This document shows, piece by piece, positions 1 through 9,311 of a stretch of DNA of 64,000 nt (within the stretch, counting starts at the first letter, position 1; every line of letters starts with the position of its first letter). Both the position numbers and the translations under genes were made by a program. A model generated the notes under the pieces. The model did not search any database, had not been told where the DNA came from, and saw nothing but the letters and a program-made list of their open reading frames with translations. The DNA is from an uncultured Omnitrophica bacterium (GTDB lineage: Bacteria; Omnitrophota; Gorgyraeia; JACQQV01): the NCBI GenBank assembly GCA_947085655.1, contig CAMTXH010000013.1, positions 23,513 through 87,512 on the forward strand, written 5' to 3'.

Positions 1-1
1 T

Positions 2-757
2 CCCTATGGTGGCGCCAATCTCGGCTCAAACGGAGATGTCGGCACCAATGCCACCGGTCCCGATTCGATTCACCTGGACAGCAACGCCAGGGTGAACGGC
101 GATGCGTTTGCCGGACCGGGTGCCGATCCTGACGAAGCGATTACCACGGACAGCAACGCAGATATCACTGGGCAGGAGACCGCCTTGTCGAGCCCGGTTG
201 TGCCGATTTCGATGGTCCCGCCGGTTCTTCCGCTGTACTCGGCGATCAACTTAAACGGCAACAATACGCTGACCATCAGCACAAGCGGAAAGTATCCGTC
301 CATTACGCTGAACAGCAACTCCGAGTTGATTATTAACAGCAGCGTTACCCTCCATGTGACGGGCGGCGTTGAGTTGAACAGCAACAGCGAATTCACCATT
401 ACCAACGGGGCAAAGGTGGAGATCTACATTGACGGATGGCTCGTGCTGAACAGCAACACCCAGGTCAATAACCTCAGTCAGGATCCGACGAAACTCCTTA
501 TTTATGGGACGGATAACATGACAACGCAGCCGAACGGAGACCCCGGCGTGGAATATAACTCCAACTCCGACTTTTTCGGGTTGATCTATGCGCCGACCGC
601 CGATATCGATATTGACAGTAACGCCGGAGTCTTCGGCGCGGTCTTTGGGAAGACGGTGAACCTTGATTCGAACGCGAGAGTCCATTACGACGAGGCGCTG
701 GCCGATTTGGACGATTTTGAAACGGACCTTCAGGTAATCGCCTGGCAGGAAAAATAG
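2..757 (+). CDS. C-terminal part of a PilX-like / beta-helix surface protein (5' truncated by the window)
   Basis: Frame is open from nt 2; repeated L(N/D)SN beta-helix-like units, GLIYAP and VHYDEAL motifs, ends in ...IAWQEK as PilX-like proteins do. Confidence 0.55.
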   Translation, partial: PYGGANLGSNGDVGTNATGPDSIHLDSNARVNGDAFAGPGADPDEAITTDSNADITGQETALSSPVVPISMVPPVLPLYSAINLNGNNTLTISTSGKYPSITLNSNSELIINSSVTLHVTGGVELNSNSEFTITNGAKVEIYIDGWLVLNSNTQVNNLSQDPTKLLIYGTDNMTTQPNGDPGVEYNSNSDFFGLIYAPTADIDIDSNAGVFGAVFGKTVNLDSNARVHYDEALADLDDFETDLQVIAWQEK

Positions 758-785
758 CCCTTTGTCAAGGTCAATAATATAAGAG

Positions 786-814
786 TTGACCTGATGAGGA
801 TTGTATGATACGCT
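786..814 (+). promoter_or_regulatory. sigma70 promoter upstream of the desaturase leader
   Basis: TTGACC (786-791), 17 nt spacer, TGnTACGCT (809-814); inverted repeat AGGTCAA-N11-TTGACCT (768-792) overlaps the -35. Confidence 0.55.
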
Positions 815-851
815 ACTCCTGTGTTAGCTTGGTTTAGCGATAAGCGAAAGC

Positions 852-888
852 AACCGTTTAGGCCGGGCTCGGCCTAAACGGTTTTTTT
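852..888 (+). terminator. intrinsic terminator directly before the desaturase start
   Basis: AACCGTTTAGGCCG-ggct-CGGCCTAAACGGTT perfect 14-bp stem running into a T7 tract. Confidence 0.85.
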
Positions 889-898
889 GGATGGAAAA

Positions 899-1720
899 AT
901 GACGCAACCACAACTATTACAAAGGATTAAATGGCCGACGCTGATAGCGATTAGCGCCATTCACATCGGGGCGCTCTTCGCCTTTTGGACGTTCAGCTGG
1001 AAAGCACTTTTACTCTGCCTTGTGCTTTATTGGCTGACGGGCAGTATCGGTATCACCTTTGGATTCCACCGCCTGTTTGCCCATTCAAGTTTCAAAGCCC
1101 CCAAGATCATCGCCTATCCTGCCGCGTTTCTCGGGACCCTTGCCGGCCAATCGGGACCGATGTGGTGGGTGGCGGGACACAGAACCCATCACAAATATTC
1201 CGACAAAGAAGGGGATCCGCATACGCCGGAGGACGGCTTCTGGTGGTCCCACATGGGATGGCTTTTTGTCCGTTCGGAACTGGACGATCCCAAGGTCTAT
1301 CAAAAACTTGTCCCGGACATGATGCGGGATCCTTTTTACCGGTTCCTGGACCGATACCACCCGCTCCTGGTCATTCTACTTGCCGGTCTTCTGTACTGGT
1401 GGGGAGGGGCTCCGTTTTTGGTGTGGGGGATAGGAGTTCGGATGGTCCTTTTGTATCACGCCACCTGGTTTGTCAACTCGGCCACCCACAAGTGGGGTTA
1501 CCGCAGTTACAAGACGGATGATAATTCCCGCAATCTCTGGTGGGTTTCTCTCCTTTCTTTCGGGGAGGGATGGCACAATAATCACCACGCCTTTCAGGGC
1601 TCGGCCCGACACGGGTTCAGATGGTGGGAGATTGATCTCACCTACCTTCAGATCCGTCTTCTTTCGCTCCTCGGTCTTACTCGCGATATCAAGCTTCCGC
1701 TTTCTTCCTCCCTTCGGTAA
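899..1720 (+). CDS. desC: acyl-CoA/acyl-lipid delta-9 fatty acid desaturase
   Basis: His boxes HRLFAH, HRTHH, HNNHH; transmembrane segments; ATG at 899. Confidence 0.92.
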   Translation: MTQPQLLQRIKWPTLIAISAIHIGALFAFWTFSWKALLLCLVLYWLTGSIGITFGFHRLFAHSSFKAPKIIAYPAAFLGTLAGQSGPMWWVAGHRTHHKYSDKEGDPHTPEDGFWWSHMGWLFVRSELDDPKVYQKLVPDMMRDPFYRFLDRYHPLLVILLAGLLYWWGGAPFLVWGIGVRMVLLYHATWFVNSATHKWGYRSYKTDDNSRNLWWVSLLSFGEGWHNNHHAFQGSARHGFRWWEIDLTYLQIRLLSLLGLTRDIKLPLSSSLR

Positions 1721-1833
1721 ATTCTTCGAAGATCCCCTTCAGGGAGACCCCGTAAAGATGCACTCATAGGAAGTCTTCCTTAATTTTCATCAAAATTGAT
1801 TTATTTGTTGCATTTCTCCCGGAGAGGAGTAAA

Positions 1834-3573
1834 ATGAATATTTGCCTCAAGAAGGGGGATGACACGATGAAAGAGTTCGGGGAATCCCGCTATCCGGTGA
1901 CCGAGCGCCGATTGGTCTCGGACCTTATCCGGTACACCCTCGTCCAGAAAGAGGCGGAGGAGACCCTCAAAGCGCGCACTGAGCGGATCATCCGCCTTCA
2001 AACAGCCCTCCTCGGTCTTGCCAAGGAAAACTACACGACTCGAGAAGAGGCCTTCCGGAAAATCACGGAGACAGACGCCAAGACGCTTTCTGTGAAACGG
2101 GTCAGCATCTGGTTTTTCACAGAGGACCGCTCGGAGATTGTGTGCGAAGATCTCTATATCCTGGACCGCAACTCCCACGAAAAAGGGATCCGGCTCCAGG
2201 CCGAAAAATACCCCAACTATTTCAAGGCCCTCGAGGAATCCCGTACCGTTGCCGCGGATGACGCGCAACAGGATCCCCGGACAAGCGAATTTACCCTGGA
2301 TTATCTAAAACCTCTCGGGATCACCTCGATGATGGATGTGTCGATCTGGCATCAGGGGAAATTGGTCGGGATCGTCTGTCATGAGCATGTCGGGCCCAAA
2401 AGACAATGGCAGCCGGAGGAACAGGATTTTGTAGGATCCATTTCCGATATGGTCTCTCTCGCCTTGGAATCTTCCGAACGTCAATCGGCGGAGGAGCGGT
2501 TTCGGCTTATGGCCCAGGCGACAAATGATGCGGTGTGGGACTGGAACTTGGTGACGAACGGCGTCTGGTGGAATGAAGGAGTTCGCTCCCTGTTCGGATA
2601 TACAGAAGAGGAAATCGGGCCGGAGGCCACATGGTGGTATGAGCATATCCACCCCGAAGAGAAGGAGCGGGTCGTCGAAGGAATCCACCGCCTCATCGAA
2701 AGCGACGGGCGGTTCTGGTCGGATGAATACCGGTTCGCCCGCGCGGACGGAAGCTATGCGCATGTTTACGACCGCGGTTATGTCATCTGCGACGAAGAAA
2801 GAAAGCCGGTCCGGATGATCGGCGCGATGATGGACATCACCGAGCGGAAACTCCTTGAGAAAATGAAGGATGACCTTTTTCGGGATGCGGCTCATGAACT
2901 GAGGACCCCCTACGCCATGATTCAGATGGGACTGGACCTGATGGAAAGGGGATTCCGTCAGAATAACCGAAGAAAAATCTTCACCGGCAAAAAAATTATC
3001 GGCATCAATGTGGATCGGTTGGAGCATGACGTGGAAAATCTTCTCGACATTTTTAAACTCGAAGCGGGCGTCCAGCAGACAAAAGAGGAAACTTTGACGG
3101 TGGCCGCCAACGGCTTTTTCAAAGAAGCACTCCGGCTGTATCAGCCGCAGATTCAGGAGAAAAAACTGAAACTTGAATTGAAAATCCGGCGGGGACTTCC
3201 CCCCTTGAGGATCCCGCGAACCGACCTTCTGCGGGCGTTTCGGAATGTACTGGACAATGCCGTTAAATTCACCGACCGGGGATCCATCACGGTCTTTGTC
3301 CGCAAACAGGAAAATTTCGCGGCCATCCATGTTCAGGATACGGGAAGGGGAATCCGGAAAGAAGACCTTGGCCGCGTGTTTGAAAAATTCTTCAAGGCCT
3401 CTGCCGGTGTTCAGGGGGTGGGATTGGGTCTTCCCATTGCCAAGCTTCTCGTTGAAAAGGCGGGGGGAAGAATTGCGGTTCATTCGGGGGGACTCGGCCG
3501 TGGCACGGAGGTAACCCTTTTTGTCCCGCTTGCAGAGAGAAAATTGGTTGCCAAAGGGAGGGAAGCGGCATGA
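1834..3573 (+). CDS. cytoplasmic GAF-PAS sensor histidine kinase
   Basis: GAF segment, PAS (IHPEE), H-box AHELRTP, N-box NAVKF, G boxes DTGRGI and GLGL; alternative start at 1867. Confidence 0.92.
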   Translation: MNICLKKGDDTMKEFGESRYPVTERRLVSDLIRYTLVQKEAEETLKARTERIIRLQTALLGLAKENYTTREEAFRKITETDAKTLSVKRVSIWFFTEDRSEIVCEDLYILDRNSHEKGIRLQAEKYPNYFKALEESRTVAADDAQQDPRTSEFTLDYLKPLGITSMMDVSIWHQGKLVGIVCHEHVGPKRQWQPEEQDFVGSISDMVSLALESSERQSAEERFRLMAQATNDAVWDWNLVTNGVWWNEGVRSLFGYTEEEIGPEATWWYEHIHPEEKERVVEGIHRLIESDGRFWSDEYRFARADGSYAHVYDRGYVICDEERKPVRMIGAMMDITERKLLEKMKDDLFRDAAHELRTPYAMIQMGLDLMERGFRQNNRRKIFTGKKIIGINVDRLEHDVENLLDIFKLEAGVQQTKEETLTVAANGFFKEALRLYQPQIQEKKLKLELKIRRGLPPLRIPRTDLLRAFRNVLDNAVKFTDRGSITVFVRKQENFAAIHVQDTGRGIRKEDLGRVFEKFFKASAGVQGVGLGLPIAKLLVEKAGGRIAVHSGGLGRGTEVTLFVPLAERKLVAKGREAA

Positions 3574-3941
3574 AAAAGGAAATCTTGGTCGTCGAAGACG
3601 ATCCCCAAATGCATGATATTTACCGCGACATGCTCGGGGAGCAACAGTTTAATCTGACCGTCACCGATGAGCCGCTTCGGGCCCTTCAGATGATTCAACG
3701 GAAGGAGAAGCGCTTTGATTTGATTCTCCTGGATATCCTCATGAAGGAGAGTCTTCTGGACGGGAGGGTCTTTTTTGTGCAGCTCCGGGAGGCGCTTCAG
3801 GATAAAACCCCGGTGATTGTCGTCAGTGTCTTGAACGAGGATCAGGTGGGTGATTTGAAACAGATTAACAATATCTCTTTCCTCCATAAACCGATCAAAC
3901 GCCAGGAACTCCTTTCGGAAATCCGCAAAACGCTCTTTTGA
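3570..3941 (+). CDS. single-domain response regulator
   Basis: ILVVEDD, LILLD, KP motifs; ATGA overlap with the kinase. Confidence 0.9.
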   Translation: MKKEILVVEDDPQMHDIYRDMLGEQQFNLTVTDEPLRALQMIQRKEKRFDLILLDILMKESLLDGRVFFVQLREALQDKTPVIVVSVLNEDQVGDLKQINNISFLHKPIKRQELLSEIRKTLF

Positions 3942-3942
3942 A

Positions 3943-3972
3943 TTGACAGAGCCAAAGAAGCCGGGGTATAAT
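3943..3972 (+). promoter_or_regulatory. sigma70 promoter
   Basis: TTGACA-N18-TATAAT. Confidence 0.75.
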
Positions 3973-4001
3973 GAAGCAACTTTTTTTGAAAGGAGTCATC
4001 C

Positions 4002-4442
4002 TTGGCAAAGGACAAACAGGGTTTTCTCACCGATATCAAAGAACTCCGGCGAAGGGCAAGAAAACACATTTATAAGCGGCACTACTTCATGGCCCAGGGG
4101 ATTCATGCCGAACCGGTTGCCCAGGAATTTCTCCAGCATGCCAATGACGAACAAACCCATGCGGACCAGATCGCAGCCCGGATTACCCAACTGGGGGGAG
4201 AGCCGGATTTCAGCCCGGAGGGATTGACGACCGGAAGCCATGCCGAATACGCCGAAGGGGATTCCTTGATTGATAGGGTGAAGGAAGACCTGGTTGCGGA
4301 GCGGATTGCGATTGACTCCTACGGAGAGAAGGATCCCACCACGCGCCGGATGCTCGAAGGGATTCCCGCCATGGAGGAAGAGCATGCGGACGACCTTGCC
4401 AATATCCTCTCAACGCTTGACCCGCGAAAAACCCCCTCTTGA
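4002..4442 (+). pseudogene. ferritin/bacterioferritin-like gene with apparent in-frame deletions
   Basis: YKRHYFMA, EQTHAD, EDLVAERIAIDSY and EEEHAD motifs are present, but the helix-1 segment and the segment after IDSY appear absent; TTG start. Confidence 0.65.
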
Positions 4443-4470
4443 TCCGAAGGCCTATCTCGGAACCCGGACG

Positions 4471-5718
4471 ATGATCGAGTTTATTGAGCACCTTGGAGAA
4501 AAGATAGACGCCTCATGGGGAAAGAAGGGGTACGCCCTGGAGGCCTTTTCGCAGATTGCTTTTCAAACCCTTCAGCAGGCCGGACTGCATAGGGTATTTA
4601 CGGTCGAAAAACTTCTGGATTCCCTCTGGACGAAGAAGGACCTTCCCAAACAGCTTTCCCTATTTAACGGATTCGGACAGCCCCCCATTACGCTCTATCG
4701 CAATCAGCAACACAACTTTCTGATCGATCTTTATTTCTGGATTCAGCCCGAAATCTCCATCCACTCACACGGGTTTCGGGGCGCGTTTACAGTCCTGGAG
4801 GGTAGGAGCTTCCAGTGCCGGTACGATTTTTCCATCCGTGATAACCTCGAAAATACCATTTTATTCGGTGACCTGACGCTTCGGGATACGACACTCCTTC
4901 ATCCGGGGGATGTTCAGGAGATTTTGGCCGGACCGTCCTATATTCATCAGGTCTGGCATCTCAGTTTTCCGACCCTCTCGCTGGCGGTCCGTACCCTTGA
5001 ACCACAACAGACCCAGTACGTCTATTTGAGGCCCCATATGGCCTTCTTGGCCCGTTCGAACGCGATGTCTTTGACAGAAGAGAATACAGCCTATTTCCCT
5101 CTTCCAAGTAAAAAGATCGATACCCTCGTCTGTTTGAACGCGACCCGGTATCCGCTAGAGGGCCGCAGCCCCCGCGCATGGCTGAAAGCGTTGATTGCAG
5201 AAACCCCTCCCCACGAAGGGTTTCTTCATCTCATAAAGTATTATGACCTCACCCGCGATATCGAGGCGATTCAGGATGTTCTAAACAGTGCCCCATCACT
5301 CGGAAAGTGGGCTCCGGAATTTCTCGCCACCTTGAGCCGGATGCATGGGGTGCAGATCAAGTGGACCCAGATCCGGGAGGAGGGGGAGCGGTTTCTCCTG
5401 GCGCTTCTTTTCTCCCTTGAAGAACAAAGTGATATCATGCGGTTGGTTCGGGCCTACAACCCTGCGGAAGCACCCGAGGCCCTCATCGTCAAGTGGTTGG
5501 CCGGTCTGATGCACCGTCGGGATGTGAATATTCAGATGAATCATACCGCGCTCACAGTCCTGGAACGGTTCCTTTACGGCGATTCCGAGGAGGAAGTTTG
5601 CAGACATCTTTCCCGGATCTACAAGGGGACGGATCCGCAAATCTTAAAGGAAGATGTCCGACAGATCCGGGATCGACTCCGTTCCGACGGACTGCTGAAG
5701 GCATTACAAAAAGGTTGA
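4471..5718 (+). CDS. hypothetical protein with a cupin/thiol-dioxygenase-like metal motif
   Basis: IHSHGFRGAFTVLEG and downstream YIHQVWH; helical C-terminal half. Confidence 0.6.
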   Translation: MIEFIEHLGEKIDASWGKKGYALEAFSQIAFQTLQQAGLHRVFTVEKLLDSLWTKKDLPKQLSLFNGFGQPPITLYRNQQHNFLIDLYFWIQPEISIHSHGFRGAFTVLEGRSFQCRYDFSIRDNLENTILFGDLTLRDTTLLHPGDVQEILAGPSYIHQVWHLSFPTLSLAVRTLEPQQTQYVYLRPHMAFLARSNAMSLTEENTAYFPLPSKKIDTLVCLNATRYPLEGRSPRAWLKALIAETPPHEGFLHLIKYYDLTRDIEAIQDVLNSAPSLGKWAPEFLATLSRMHGVQIKWTQIREEGERFLLALLFSLEEQSDIMRLVRAYNPAEAPEALIVKWLAGLMHRRDVNIQMNHTALTVLERFLYGDSEEEVCRHLSRIYKGTDPQILKEDVRQIRDRLRSDGLLKALQKG

Positions 5719-6350
5719 GCGAATACCCATCAGGAATTATTCAAAAATCTTTCGTTCCGGCCCTTATTTTGTTCGGTTCCGCCTTGGGTATGGCGCTGAC
5801 GTTTGCGGGGGAAGGCATGAAGAAAGAGGATCTCGGAAAAGCGACTTTTGCCGGCGGATGCTTCTGGTGTATGCAGCCGCCGTATGATGAACTGGAGGGC
5901 GTCGTTTCCACGACGGTCGGCTATACCGGGGGAGCCAAGAAAAATCCGACCTATGAGGAGGTCTCTTCCGGCACCACCGGGCATGCGGAGGCGGTGGAAA
6001 TCACCTACGACCCCTCAAAGATTTCCTACGAGGCGTTATTGGAGGCCTTCTGGAAAAATATCGACCCCACCACCCAGAACCGGCAGTTCGCCGACATCGG
6101 GACGCAGTACCGGACCGCCATCTTTTATCATGATGAAGAACAGAAGCGGCTCGCGCTCGCCTCAAAGGAAGGATTGGAGAAGTCCGGAAAATTCAAAGGC
6201 CCCATTGTCACCGAAATCGTTCCCGCCTCCGTCTTTTACCCTGCCGAGGACTATCACCAGGATTACTACAAGAAATGTCCCGTCCCCTACAACCTTTATA
6301 AAGTCGGTTCGGGAAGAGCGCAGTTTTTGAAAAAACAGTGGGGGAAATGA
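5715..6350 (+). CDS. msrA: peptide-methionine (S)-S-oxide reductase with N-terminal signal/anchor
   Basis: FAGGCFWC, GHAEAV, FYPAEDYHQDY; TTG start overlaps the upstream stop. Confidence 0.95.
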   Translation: MSEYPSGIIQKSFVPALILFGSALGMALTFAGEGMKKEDLGKATFAGGCFWCMQPPYDELEGVVSTTVGYTGGAKKNPTYEEVSSGTTGHAEAVEITYDPSKISYEALLEAFWKNIDPTTQNRQFADIGTQYRTAIFYHDEEQKRLALASKEGLEKSGKFKGPIVTEIVPASVFYPAEDYHQDYYKKCPVPYNLYKVGSGRAQFLKKQWGK

Positions 6351-6658
6351 TGTCTGTCGAGAAATGGGAGCCGAAGAAGGACGGGCCATTTTCGGAAAAG
6401 GCCCTTCGCCGGAAACTGGAATCCCGCGGATATCAAGTTTATCAGTATACGTATCCGCCGGGAACCGTTTTTCCGAATCATACGCATGGGATCGACAAAA
6501 TCGATGGGGTGGTCTCCGGCCGCTTCCGGATGAAGATGAAGGGACTGGATGTCATCCTGGAGGCGGGGGATTGTCTGGCGGTGCCGCGCGGTACGGTCCA
6601 TTACGCAGAAGTGGTGGGGGATGAACCGGTCGTCAGTCTGGATGCGACCCGGGAATGA
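6347..6658 (+). CDS. cupin domain protein
   Basis: FPNHTH...VVSG...GDCLAVPRGTVH. Confidence 0.85.
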   Translation: MMSVEKWEPKKDGPFSEKALRRKLESRGYQVYQYTYPPGTVFPNHTHGIDKIDGVVSGRFRMKMKGLDVILEAGDCLAVPRGTVHYAEVVGDEPVVSLDATRE

Positions 6659-7545
6659 GCCGGGCTACGCTCATTTATAATCCGGTTGCCGGAGATCCGC
6701 AAGGCAATCTTCTCCAAAAGGTCCGGCATGTTCTTGAAGAAGAGGGAATCTCCCATCTCTTTAAACCGACCCGTGAAGCGCGGGAGGGAACCCGGCTTGC
6801 CAAAGAGGCGGCTCAAGAGGGAAGTGACCTTGTGATTGCCGCCGGCGGGGACGGCACAGTGAATGAAGTGGTGAACGGTCTCGTCGGGACCGAGGCGATA
6901 CTCGGCATCATTCCGATGGGAACCGGGAACCTTGCCGCTTATGAATTCGGCGTTCCCCTTGATCCGTTGGAGGCGGCTCGCGCCATTCCGAAAAGCCGGG
7001 TTGAACGGATTGACGTCGGAAAGGCGAACGACCGTTATTTTTTGATGATGACAAGTGTCGGTCTGGACGCCAAAGCCCTTCGGGATGCCCCCCGCTGGGG
7101 ATACAGGGCGCTTCACTGGTGGGCTTTTTTTTGGACCGGGTTTCTCAATCTTTTTGTGACAAGGCCGTTTCCCCTCCGGCTTCAGACCGCACAGAGGGAG
7201 ATGGCCTATACGACCCGCCTTCTGGTTGTTTCCAACATTAAAGGATACGGCCTTCCGGGATGCGAATTTCTTTCGAATGCGGATACCGCCGACGGATTTT
7301 TGGATGTCGGTTTTTTCAAATCGGAGAATCTTTGGTGTTACCTTCGGGGACTTTCCGCTCTCGGGCGGCGCAGGCCGATATCGCCGCATCTCGTCCAGCG
7401 AGGCCGGGTGGAAAAAGTCCGGATTGCGGCGGATATCCCGGTCCCGGCACAAGTCGACGGCGATTTCTACGGCTACACACCGCTTGAGGTTTCTGTGGTT
7501 CCAAAGGCCCTTTCCATTTTAATTCCCCAGAAAGATGTTCCGTAA
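6655..7545 (+). CDS. diacylglycerol/lipid kinase (YegS/DAGK family)
   Basis: [25 protein letters not shown]. Confidence 0.92.
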   Translation: MSRATLIYNPVAGDPQGNLLQKVRHVLEEEGISHLFKPTREAREGTRLAKEAAQEGSDLVIAAGGDGTVNEVVNGLVGTEAILGIIPMGTGNLAAYEFGVPLDPLEAARAIPKSRVERIDVGKANDRYFLMMTSVGLDAKALRDAPRWGYRALHWWAFFWTGFLNLFVTRPFPLRLQTAQREMAYTTRLLVVSNIKGYGLPGCEFLSNADTADGFLDVGFFKSENLWCYLRGLSALGRRRPISPHLVQRGRVEKVRIAADIPVPAQVDGDFYGYTPLEVSVVPKALSILIPQKDVP

Positions 7546-8275
7546 GATTGTCGTCCTGACCGGCGCCGGGATTTCGGCCGAATCCGGCATCAAAACATTC
7601 CGGGATGCCGGAGGGCTTTGGGAGAATTACCGGATTGAAGATGTGGCGACCCCCGAAGGATACGCGCGGAATCCGGAACTTGTCCTCAATTTTTATAATG
7701 AAAGGCGGAGACATCTTCTCGGGGGAACGATCCGGCCGAATCCGGGGCATTTGGCGCTTGCAGAACTTGAGAAAAATTTCCCGGGGGGATTTCTCCTTGT
7801 CACCCAGAACGTGGATAACCTTCACGAACAGGCCGGAAGCCGGAATGTTCTACATATGCACGGGGAGCTTCTAAAAGTCCGGTGTGCCCGGTCAGGGAAG
7901 GTATTTCCGGCGGAGGAAGACGTTCACACGGAGGATCGTTGTCCCTGCTGCAACCTGGCCGGCGCCTTGAGGCCCCATGTCGTCTGGTTCGGGGAGATCC
8001 CGCTTGAGATGAACCGGATTTTCGAAGCCCTGAGCCGTTGTGACCTTTTCATCTCGGTTGGCACCTCAGGCGTTGTCTATCCGGCGGCCGGGTTTGTGCA
8101 GGTGGCGCGGGAGGCAGGGGCGCATACGGTGGAATTGAATCTTGAACCCTCCGCAGTTCAGTCCCTTTTTGCCGAAAAAATCTACGGTCCGGCGAGCCGA
8201 GCGGTCCCGGAATACGTTCAGAAATTTTTTGCCAACAAGCACCACGTCGCAGACGAGACCTCCGAAAAGGCGTAA
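7535..8275 (+). CDS. cobB: NAD-dependent protein deacylase (sirtuin)
   Basis: [33 protein letters not shown]. Confidence 0.95.
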   Translation: MFRKIVVLTGAGISAESGIKTFRDAGGLWENYRIEDVATPEGYARNPELVLNFYNERRRHLLGGTIRPNPGHLALAELEKNFPGGFLLVTQNVDNLHEQAGSRNVLHMHGELLKVRCARSGKVFPAEEDVHTEDRCPCCNLAGALRPHVVWFGEIPLEMNRIFEALSRCDLFISVGTSGVVYPAAGFVQVAREAGAHTVELNLEPSAVQSLFAEKIYGPASRAVPEYVQKFFANKHHVADETSEKA

Positions 8276-8310
8276 ATTCCTCTTCGAGATGGCTTTGATG
8301 AAAGTCCCCC

Positions 8311-8339
8311 TTGCACTCATGATGACATCCTTGTATAAT
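8311..8339 (+). promoter_or_regulatory. sigma70 promoter upstream of yceI
   Basis: TTGCAC-N17-TATAAT. Confidence 0.6.
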
Positions 8340-8350
8340 ATCATTCCGTC

Positions 8351-8378
8351 CTGAAACCTTTGGGTTTTTCCCGCATCT
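8351..8378 (+). promoter_or_regulatory. candidate ECF-sigma promoter
   Basis: CTGAAACC-N12-CCGCATCT; same boxes recur at 13831-13859. Confidence 0.6.
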
Positions 8379-8410
8379 ATACCAGCAGAACAAGAAGGGC
8401 GGTGTTTCTC

Positions 8411-8998
8411 ATGCGTCGTGTTGGCTGGATGTCTGCTTTGCTCCTATTGTACTTATTGGTTTCTCCCCTTTGGGCGGCCACCTATAAAGTGGATCCCCAC
8501 CATACGACCGTCGGTTTCAAAATCCGCCATCTTTTTTCATGGGTGCACGGCACGTTTAACGAATTTGAGGGAACCATTGAATATGAACCGGCAAAACCGG
8601 AAAGTTGGTCCGCCTCGGGCACCATTCAGGCGGCCAGTATTGATACGCGGGTTGCCCCGCGGGATAAACACCTTCGCTCCGGTGATTTCTTCGATGTGGA
8701 GAAGTATCCGACGATTGACTTCCGGACAACCCGGATCGATGATGTCGGCGCCAACAAGGCCAAGCTGCACGGCTTTCTCACGATTCACGGTGTTGAAAAA
8801 GAGGTGGAGTTGGATGTGGAAGTCCTCGGAATTGCCAACGATCCATGGGGAAACACCGTGGCGGGATTTTCCGCCACGACCACCTTTGACCGTCGGGACT
8901 TTGGATTGACATGGAATGAGACGTTGGAGACCGGAAGTGTCCTCGTAGGGAACGAGGTTCAGATCACCCTCGACATCTCCGCGCTCCTTCAAAAGTAA
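8411..8998 (+). CDS. yceI: YceI-family periplasmic polyisoprenoid-binding protein
   Basis: Signal peptide; YKVDPHHT, RDKHLRSGDFFDVEKYP, RRDFG. Confidence 0.93.
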   Translation: MRRVGWMSALLLLYLLVSPLWAATYKVDPHHTTVGFKIRHLFSWVHGTFNEFEGTIEYEPAKPESWSASGTIQAASIDTRVAPRDKHLRSGDFFDVEKYPTIDFRTTRIDDVGANKAKLHGFLTIHGVEKEVELDVEVLGIANDPWGNTVAGFSATTTFDRRDFGLTWNETLETGSVLVGNEVQITLDISALLQK

Positions 8999-9014
8999 GA
9001 TAAAGGAGGTGAAC

Positions 9015-9311
9015 ATGGCGTCGGTGAAACCAAAACGGAACAAAAGACAAACGCTGGTGGCCGCGTCTGTCGCGGGCCTTCTCGCTTTGGCGGCTGTCCC
9101 CGGCATGGTGCAGGGGCATCTGGAAGCGGCCGAGGAAGGGAAGACGAAGTGTTACGGCGTCAACAAGTGTAAGGGCACCGGTGACTGCGGTGGAAAGGGT
9201 CATTCCTGTGCAGGACTGAATGCCTGTCAGGGGCAGGCGTGGATTTATCTTCAGGAAAAGGACTGCCTTCGGATCCAGGGCGGGCGCTTGACTCCCGAAG
9301 AAGAAGGATAA
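9015..9311 (+). CDS. six-Cys bufferin-like (BufA2-type) RiPP precursor with signal peptide
   Basis: RBS AAGGAGGT; CYGVNKCKGTGDCGGKGHSCAGLNACQGQAW...C; TAATG coupling to the MNIO gene. Confidence 0.85.
   Translation: MASVKPKRNKRQTLVAASVAGLLALAAVPGMVQGHLEAAEEGKTKCYGVNKCKGTGDCGGKGHSCAGLNACQGQAWIYLQEKDCLRIQGGRLTPEEEG

Noticed and set aside
8288-8332. TGATGA...TGATGAC resembling a fluoride riboswitch
   Set aside because: No P1 or pseudoknot pairing; the region is explained by a sigma70 promoter
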